Shown here: positions 57,259 through 64,000 of the stretch, in pieces
Numbering within the stretch: position 1 is the first letter of the stretch
How the letters are laid out: the number at the start of each line of letters is the position of its first letter
Assembly: GCA_965240325.2 (NCBI GenBank)
Contig: OZ251236.1
Coordinates: forward strand, 1,178,001 to 1,242,000
DNA from: Rebecca billardiae RCC1528
Lineage: Eukaryota > Protista > Haptophyta
Direction: 5' to 3'
Length of the DNA stretch: 64,000 nucleotides
Made by a program: the position numbers and the translations under genes
Notes under the pieces: generated by a model
The model's database searches: none
What the model was told of the DNA's origin: nothing
What the model saw: the letters and a program-made list of their open reading frames with translations, nothing else

Positions 57259-60001
57259 TCATCGTGCTGCGTCACAGCTGCCCGCGCGCGGGCGGTAGAG
57301 GACCGTCTGCATGGCGTGTCCGGGGATGTACATGTTGATGTACCGACCGTCCTGCAGAGTGAGAGTGCATCCGGCGGCGGTGGGTGGGTGCGCGCGGCCG
57401 TGCGGGGAGGTGTGCCCACGGGGGTGAGGCGCGGCCCCTGCCAGGCCGAGGGCGCGCACGCGCTCCTCGTGCGTCTCGGCGCGCGCTCGCGCGCACATGC
57501 GTGTGGATGGAGTAGTGCCTGCGCACGCCCCGCTGGTTGAGCACCACCACCGCCACCACGCCGTCCTCGCGCTCGAACGCGCTCGCGTGCAGCTCAAACC
57601 GGCCCCAGTCCTCCAGCAGCAGCGCGCGCGAGCCCGGCGGCACGAACTTGGAGAAGTGGCCCATGGCGTAGAACATGGGCTGCTTGTAGAAGGCGTCTCT
57701 GCGCTCGGCGTCGAAGAGGACGGGCGAGTCGACGTAGTTACCCCTGGCGGGCGGCGTGGCGCGGGCGGCGCGCGCGCGTGCACGCGTGCTCAGCGCGCGC
57801 GCTCCGCAGCGGCGCAGTGCGGCCGGCGCGCGCCGCGGCGCACTTCCAGTTCGGCCCGCCGCGCAGGTCGAGCATCAGGTTCCAGTCGACCCACCCCGCC
57901 GCCCAGTTGTTCACGTCCTCCATGATGTCGTAGCAGTACTTGAACGCGCGCCACCACTGGCCGAGGAACGGCCCCTTGCGCGCGGGGAGGAAGCCCTCAC
58001 ACGCCTCCGTGCCCAGCAGGTACGGCCGCGGATGCTCGGCGTGTGCGTTGCGCAGCATGTGGCCGGGGTGCACGATGAGCGCGTCCTCCAGGCTCATGTA
58101 CCTGCGCGCGCGCGCGCGCGCGCCAGCGCGCGCGGCGCGGACACACCCGTCGGCTCTCGAGCGCTGCGCCGCGCGCGCGCTCGAGCTCGCGCCGCGCCGC
58201 GCCGTCGGCTGGCGCGCGCCGCTGGCCGCACGAGCGCGCGTGCGCGCCGCGCGGTGCGCAGACCAGTGGAAGCCGACGCCGTCGACGAAGGGCGCGGCGG
58301 CAACGTCGGAGGTCCCCGGCGTGAGCACCGCGTCCATCCACTTCTTCATCTCCGTGCGCTGGTCGTCGAGCATGATGATCTCGGGCTCGCCCTTCTCTCT
58401 CGACTCTTTGATCGCCGTCAGCACCGCCGGGTCTGAGAGCGGGTCAGCGCGCTCGCCTCGCAGCTTGACCGAGCGGCTGAGCGCGGCGGCGACGGTGGGC
58501 TTGAGGGTGGGGCCGAGGTGGTAGCCGATGAACTGCCGCTGCTCCTCTGGCTCCATCGACAGCTGCTGCCAGGTCTGCTCGCCGCGCGCGCACGCACGCC
58601 GGAGGGCGCACGCCACGGAGCGACGGCCACGCGCGCGCGTCATCAGTCGCGCTGCGCCGCGAGCTGCGCTGCCGCTCCGTCGTGGCGGCGCGGCGCACGC
58701 GCGGACGGAGGGCTCGCGCGAGCGAGCGCGCCGGGTACGCGCGCGCGCGCGCGCACCTGCCCGATCGGGTGCGGCTCGTTGCTCGTCGTCAGCCCGAAGA
58801 GCCGCACGCCGTGCTGCGCGTACGCGCGCACCGCCTTTGCGTAGTAGCGCGCGAGCGTGAACGCGTATTTGGACGAGGCGCCGTACCCGTCTTTGAGGTG
58901 GCACTGCAGCGTGGAGTTCTCGGCGGTCATCCACTGCGGCGGCGCCCACGCCGAGCCGAAGAGCGCCGGGCGCTGCTCGCGCGCGGGCGGCACGCTCTCG
59001 CCGCTGCTGCTGCCGCCGCTGCTGCCGTTGCTAGCTCGGAGGCCATGGCTGCCCGCGCCGCCGCTCGGTCCCGCGCCATGGCCGCCGCCGCGCGCGGGGT
59101 GCGCGCTGCCCGCACTCCCGGCGGCAGCACGGCCGGCGCGCGCGCTGGGGGCCGCGGGGCTCGCGGCGGCGATGGCGTCGCGGATCAGCTGCAGCTTGAA
59201 GCTGTCCTCGTCCACCTGCACGCTGAAGTGGCGCAACTCAAAGTCGGTGCTGCCCTCGGGCGGGGGCGGCGCGCGCTGTGTGTGCCTGCCGGAGAGGCGC
59301 CGCCTTCGCGCGGGGCGCGCGTCGTCCCAAGTGGGCGGGGGCGTGGGTGGGACGTCGTCGTACGAGTACACGCCCGGGCTGAAGTCGCAGCCGCCCAGCG
59401 GCACGCGCCCGAGCGAGTAGCCGATGCCGCCTGCCTCGTGCGCAGGACCACTCGAGCTCGCGCCCGCGGAGAAGTAGGAGCGGACAAAGTGCTCGCGCAC
59501 GGCGGGCTCCATGTCCTTGTAGTGCTTCGCGGCCGCGTCCGTGAACGCGCCGCCGAAGCCGCGCATCTCCTGCCGCCGGGTGCACGTCACTTTGAAGTCG
59601 CGCTCGGGGCGGTGCAGCTCTTTCGCGTCGATGCGCGTCGTGTACCGCTCGAGGTGCAGGGAGCGCATGCCTTCGTCGTGCGACTGGTAGAAGATGGCGG
59701 TGTCCTCGTCGACGTCCGACCACCCCTCAGGCTCCACCTCGTCGCAGTACTCCGCGTCGCAGCGGCAGACGCCGTTGTTAGCCTCGCCGCGCACGCCCTC
59801 ACGCTCGAGCGCCTTGGCGTGCACGAGGCGGCAGGGCTTGGCCGCCGGGTGGTGCTGTGCCTTCATCAGCATCTCCTCGGACACCGCGCGCGGCAGCGCG
59901 GCGTTGCCTCCCCAGTCGAGCAGCGCGAGCGTCGCGAGCGCCACCAAGGCGCATGCTGCGCACGCCGTCGCGACGCGCGAGCGCCGCACGCGCTCACCCA
60001 T
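57259..60001 (-). CDS. GBA: Glucosylceramidase, GH30_1; exons 60001-58757, 58574-58264, 58101-57844, 57743-57497, 57351-57259
   Basis: VCRCDAEYCD, GFGGAFTDAA, GRVPLGGCDFS, SAWAPPQWM, acid/base SNEP, MLDDQR, GFHWY, nucleophile TEACEG, WVDWNLMLDLRGGPNW, NYVDSP, FYKQPMFYAMGHFSKF; four GT-AG introns keep the frame. Confidence 0.94.
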
Positions 60002-60252
60002 GCCCACTTCCTCGCGCGCCGGCTGTGATTGAGCTTGGAGCTTCACCGGCCTGGGCAAGCCGGCAAGGCGAGCCCTGCCGCCGGCGTCCACCGGTCGGCG
60101 GTCGCGGGGTACGCCGGACGGCGCGCGGCCGGCGAAAATTGAGAGCGACTTATGAGTCCGGTAGAGAGCTCACTGATCGGGAGTTGGAGAGTCGGGACTC
60201 GGGAGCCCACTGCCGGACAGTCCCACCGTGGCCAAGGCCGGGTGGCGGGAGA

Positions 60253-61338
60253 ATGGCGGACGCGAAGCGCAAGGAGGCGATGAAGGCCATGGAGGCGGGC
60301 GCGAAGCACGAGAAGACGTCCCTCACGAAGTGGAAGCCAGACTTTGAGAGCGCTCTTGCCGAGTACGAGCGCGCCGCCATCGCGTTCAAGACGTGCAAGG
60401 ACCACGCGCGCGCGGCCGACGCGTTTGCAAAGGCGGCCGCCGCCAGCCACCGCATCGATGCCGTCGCGAACGCCGGGCGGTTGCTCGAGACGGGGGCGCA
60501 GATGCTCCGCGACGGCGGGGATGCGGATGGCGCGGCAGCCATGTTCGAGCGCTCCGCGCGCATGTACTTCGAGGAGGGCTCAGTCGAGAAGGGCGCGGAG
60601 GCACTGTGCAAGGGCGCCCGTGCGCTCGAGGAGAGCTCAGCCGAGCGCGCGGCGCAGCTGTACGTGCGCGCGGCGCAGGCAGTGCACGACGACGAGTCGC
60701 GCCCTGTCGAGCTCTCTGTCCCCACGTACCGCGCAGCCGTCTCCTTCCTCCTGCGCGCCGCGCGGTACGCGGACGCGGTGCGCGTGCTCGAGCAGCAGCT
60801 CGACGCGCACTACGTGCTGCGCCAGCCAGAGTGGGCGGCCAAGTGCGCGCTCACCGTCGTGGTGGCGCGGCTGTGCGCCGACGACTTCCTCGGCGCGCAC
60901 GGCTGGCTCTCCGCCCTCGAGGCCGACACCGCGCGCACGGACGTCGTCCGCCAGCTCGAGGTCCAGCTCGCGCGCGCCGTGCTGGACACGTTCCAGGCGC
61001 AGTCGGAGGAGGCGCTGGCCGCCGAGGTGGGCAAGCGCGCGTTCAACTACCTCGACCCGCAAGCGGTCAAGCTGGCGCGCGGGCTGCGCCTGCAGGTGGC
61101 CGGGGTGCCGGTTGAGTACGTGACGTCGGGCTCGGCGGGCGCTCGTGGTGGGCCCGGAGCGGCGGGCGGCGCGGCGCGCCCGCTCCCGCCTCCTCCACCG
61201 CCGCCGTCATCAGGCCTTGACGATGCCGGCGCAGGGCCGCTGGGCAGCGCGGCGCCGGGCAGCAGCAGCGGCGCGCGAAACATCAAGACAGGCGACTTTG
61301 GGGAGGTGATCGAGGAATTCACGGACGACCTTACGTGA
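60253..61338 (+). CDS. NAPG: Gamma-soluble NSF attachment protein
   Basis: KTSLTKWKPDFESALAEYERAAIAFK is the gamma-SNAP N-terminal signature; TPR-like helices; FNYLD..VKLARGL; acidic C-terminus. Confidence 0.9.
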   Translation: MADAKRKEAMKAMEAGAKHEKTSLTKWKPDFESALAEYERAAIAFKTCKDHARAADAFAKAAAASHRIDAVANAGRLLETGAQMLRDGGDADGAAAMFERSARMYFEEGSVEKGAEALCKGARALEESSAERAAQLYVRAAQAVHDDESRPVELSVPTYRAAVSFLLRAARYADAVRVLEQQLDAHYVLRQPEWAAKCALTVVVARLCADDFLGAHGWLSALEADTARTDVVRQLEVQLARAVLDTFQAQSEEALAAEVGKRAFNYLDPQAVKLARGLRLQVAGVPVEYVTSGSAGARGGPGAAGGAARPLPPPPPPPSSGLDDAGAGPLGSAAPGSSSGARNIKTGDFGEVIEEFTDDLT

Positions 61339-61829
61339 GTGGCGCGTATGCGCGGCTGCCACGGCTAGTTGAGAGCGGCGTCTCTGTGACCCGGTCTGAG
61401 TCCGTGTGCAGAGGCCAGAGGCCCAGAGGGCCAGGGCCATCGTCGGAGTGCACCACGTGACTCACGCGTCACACGTGTGGGCAGTCCACTGCACTGTGGA
61501 CCCGGCCGACCGCGCCGGGCGGGACAAGGCACCACCCCGCAGGCAGTCGAAGATACTCCCACTAAGACTGATTGTAGCCGTCGTCACATTATTAGCTTAG
61601 CAGTCTTAGGCTTCAGTCTGAGTCTCAAGACGGTTGCTCAGCAGCGGACAGCGGTGCACACTCGACGCTCGGCTCGATGACGATGTCGAGTTCATTTTTT
61701 AGGCCGGGCCAATACAAATACTGATGATATCCAATTTCGAAATTACTGGCCATCGTCAAAGCTTGCCGCGGCCCGGTCGCGACTCGCGAGTCGCGACCGA
61801 GGACGGCGAGCACGATCGGCGTCTCGACG

Positions 61830-62432
61830 ATGAAGTTGAGCGGGCTGTGCGTATTTGCGCTGGCAGCGCTCGTCGCGCCGGCGGCCGGCCTTCTGCGCGT
61901 ACCTCCAACTCGCGCAACCTTGTCTCGCAACGTCGGTCGCCCTGGTCCGACTCGCAAGCAGATCTGCGAGCTCGTTGCTGCGGGCGCAGTCGCCAGCGTG
62001 CCGTGCACAGCGTTTGCGAGCGGTGGCGCGACGGCAGGGCGGACCACGTCGATCCCGACGGCTAAGAAGCGCTACTACGGCCGTGTTACGGCCGATGTGA
62101 AGCAGTTCCTCGCCATGGGCGCCGCGATCCGCTCCGGCTCGGTGGACGACCCGCGCGTGGCTGACTTCTTTGCGGAGGGCGCAGACGACCTCAAGTCGGC
62201 GGGCTACCTTCTCGCCGTCGCCTTCAAGATTGACGGACGCATCCCGCCGGACAAGATCCAGCAAAAGCGTAATCACGATGCCCTCATGAAGTCGCTCGAT
62301 CAGCTCAGGGCGACCATTCGCGGCGGCAACGCCAAGGGTGCGGCAGATGCCTACGCTGCTGCCCTTGCCTCGATGGAGACCTACCTCGCGGGTGTCGAGC
62401 TGCCGGCAACCTCGGACGCGGCGTTCCAGTGA
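61830..62432 (+). CDS. Plastid-targeted, probably thylakoid-lumen helical protein of unknown function (200 aa)
   Basis: Signal peptide MKLSGLCVFALAALVAPAAG, basic transit region, hydrophobic stretch ending AFA, then a helical mature domain SGGATAG..AKKRYYGRV..YLLAVAFK..PPD. Confidence 0.75.
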   Translation: MKLSGLCVFALAALVAPAAGLLRVPPTRATLSRNVGRPGPTRKQICELVAAGAVASVPCTAFASGGATAGRTTSIPTAKKRYYGRVTADVKQFLAMGAAIRSGSVDDPRVADFFAEGADDLKSAGYLLAVAFKIDGRIPPDKIQQKRNHDALMKSLDQLRATIRGGNAKGAADAYAAALASMETYLAGVELPATSDAAFQ

Positions 62433-62896
62433 GTGCAAGGTCTCGTGCTCACGCGTGCATCCCCCGCTGGTATCGCATGGCCCACGAGCGCGCGTACGAG
62501 CATGAGAGTCGTCGTCACTTGGCCCTCACTTCTGATACTCTCAGGCCGGGAGTAGCTTTGGACGCTGTGCCAACGGCGGCACGGCGGCGTCCACGCCGTC
62601 GCGGCCCGCGGGCGTCCGAGGGCACTCGGGCCCGTCTCAGACTCAGCGGTCAGCGCCCGGCTGGCTGACCGCGGCGGGCCCTGAGGCCAACTGGTGGCGG
62701 CATTCTGATGATGCGCGCGTATTGCAGCCGCCGCCAGCTGGCATCGTCGGCACTAGCCGATAATCAGCACTGGCCCACTGCCATTCTGGCATTCGGTTGG
62801 CTTCTGCCCGGCCATGTGGCATGTCAATAATGACGAATAATAAGAAATGCGGGCGTTGACCACTATGGGGGTAACTATGGAACTTGACCGGCGGCG

Positions 62897-63637
62897 ATGG
62901 CGTCGCCGAGTAGGGTGGTCATATATGGGTCGTCAACGTCACGAGTGTGCAAGGTGCTGTGGGCGCTGCGTGAGGCAAATGTCTCCTTCGAGCGCATTGC
63001 CCGACCGCCCTGGGAGTTACGCGCCGAGAAGTCATACCTCCGCCTCAACCCCAAGGGCACTGTGCCGACAGCTGTGTTCTCCTTCGATGACGCACGCGGC
63101 GACGTAGTCCTGAACGAATCGAATACGATTGTGAGCTATGTTGCGCATCGACTGAGTGCCGATCTCTATCCTTCCAACCCAGAGACGCTTGCGCGAGCGT
63201 GGCAGTGGATGGAGTGGGCCGAGTCGTCAGCCTCGTCCAAGGTCTCGCCCATCTTTCTCGGCCTCGTGCGAGGCGTGGGCTATCCGCCCACCCCGGGCTC
63301 GAAAGCGAGCATCGAGCGCGACGGTGCAGGCATCCTCACGCACGTCAACGGCGCGAGCGTGCGAAAGTGCCTTGACGTCTGGGAGACGCTCGAGCATGAG
63401 CTCGGCAGTTCGGAGCAGGTGGGCAAGTACATGCAGGGAGATGCTCTCACAATGGCGGACATACCTTTGGGCGTACTGGCCGCACGGATGTTCAGCATGC
63501 CACAGGAGGAGCTCGGGTGGGACCCTGCAAAGGCCTTCCCGTCCACGCGCAAGTGGTACGAGCGCCTGATGCAACGCGAGGCGTACCGAGAGTGCGTCCT
63601 GCCGTGCGCACAGCCTCCGCGGCGCCCTAGTGCGTAA
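62897..63637 (+). CDS. Glutathione S-transferase
   Basis: KVLWALRE, LNPKGTVP, LNESNTIVSY, WQWMEW, LTMADIPLG, WYERL motifs. Confidence 0.93.
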   Translation: MASPSRVVIYGSSTSRVCKVLWALREANVSFERIARPPWELRAEKSYLRLNPKGTVPTAVFSFDDARGDVVLNESNTIVSYVAHRLSADLYPSNPETLARAWQWMEWAESSASSKVSPIFLGLVRGVGYPPTPGSKASIERDGAGILTHVNGASVRKCLDVWETLEHELGSSEQVGKYMQGDALTMADIPLGVLAARMFSMPQEELGWDPAKAFPSTRKWYERLMQREAYRECVLPCAQPPRRPSA

Positions 63638-64000
63638 GTGCCTTAGTGCGGCCGCCGACGACGCGGTTGATGCATTCTGCGGGGCTGCTGGCAACGACTG
63701 ATGAGTACGCTCACATCTGGGCCGCACAAAGCGCTATGTATACCAGCGAGTCGGCATCGTCTCGCGCCGCGACGAGGGCTGCTGCAGGTTAGACTATATA
63801 TATATACGGTGATTACTCCCGTGTGTCAGTGTGTATGTGCCGTGAGTGAGTGATAAGAGTATATATATTGTCGGTATATAACGCATATATATTATATTAA
63901 TATTACGCGGGCACCCCCTCGACTGCAGCGTCGAACTCTACTGACGAGCTGCTGCGCCTGCTGCGAGCGCTGCCAGGCCCAGCGCCCCGGGCAGGGGGCC

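Overview
This is very GC-rich eukaryotic nuclear DNA. Genes are compact, with few short GT-AG introns (donors mostly GTGCGC). A Psb31-like gene and signal-peptide-bearing plastid proteins indicate an alga with a secondary red plastid; a haptophyte such as a pavlovophyte is my inference only. Recognisable genes: sulfotransferase-like protein, intronless 13.4-kb VPS13B, EF-hand-like protein, a large PA-7TM-TIR/HET-like receptor candidate, alpha-SNAP, a highly divergent F1-ATPase alpha-like protein, F-box/LRR, CKS1, TLC-domain protein, PAO-family Rieske oxygenase, Psb31-like protein, GH30 glucosylceramidase, gamma-SNAP, a thylakoid-lumen protein and a GST. Several form head-to-head pairs. Intergenic DNA holds many non-autonomous transposons with readable ends: a Tc1/mariner MITE, two Tourist-like copies, a Harbinger-like element with a nested MULE-like MITE, and two Helentron-like copies, one carrying a nested hAT-like element. 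The most notable candidate is the membrane receptor fusing an extracellular PA domain and 7 TM helices to a cytoplasmic TIR/HET-like domain that retains the WCxxE motif. All calls come from reading motifs by eye; no searches were run. Most ORFs in the supplied track are GC-driven shadow frames.
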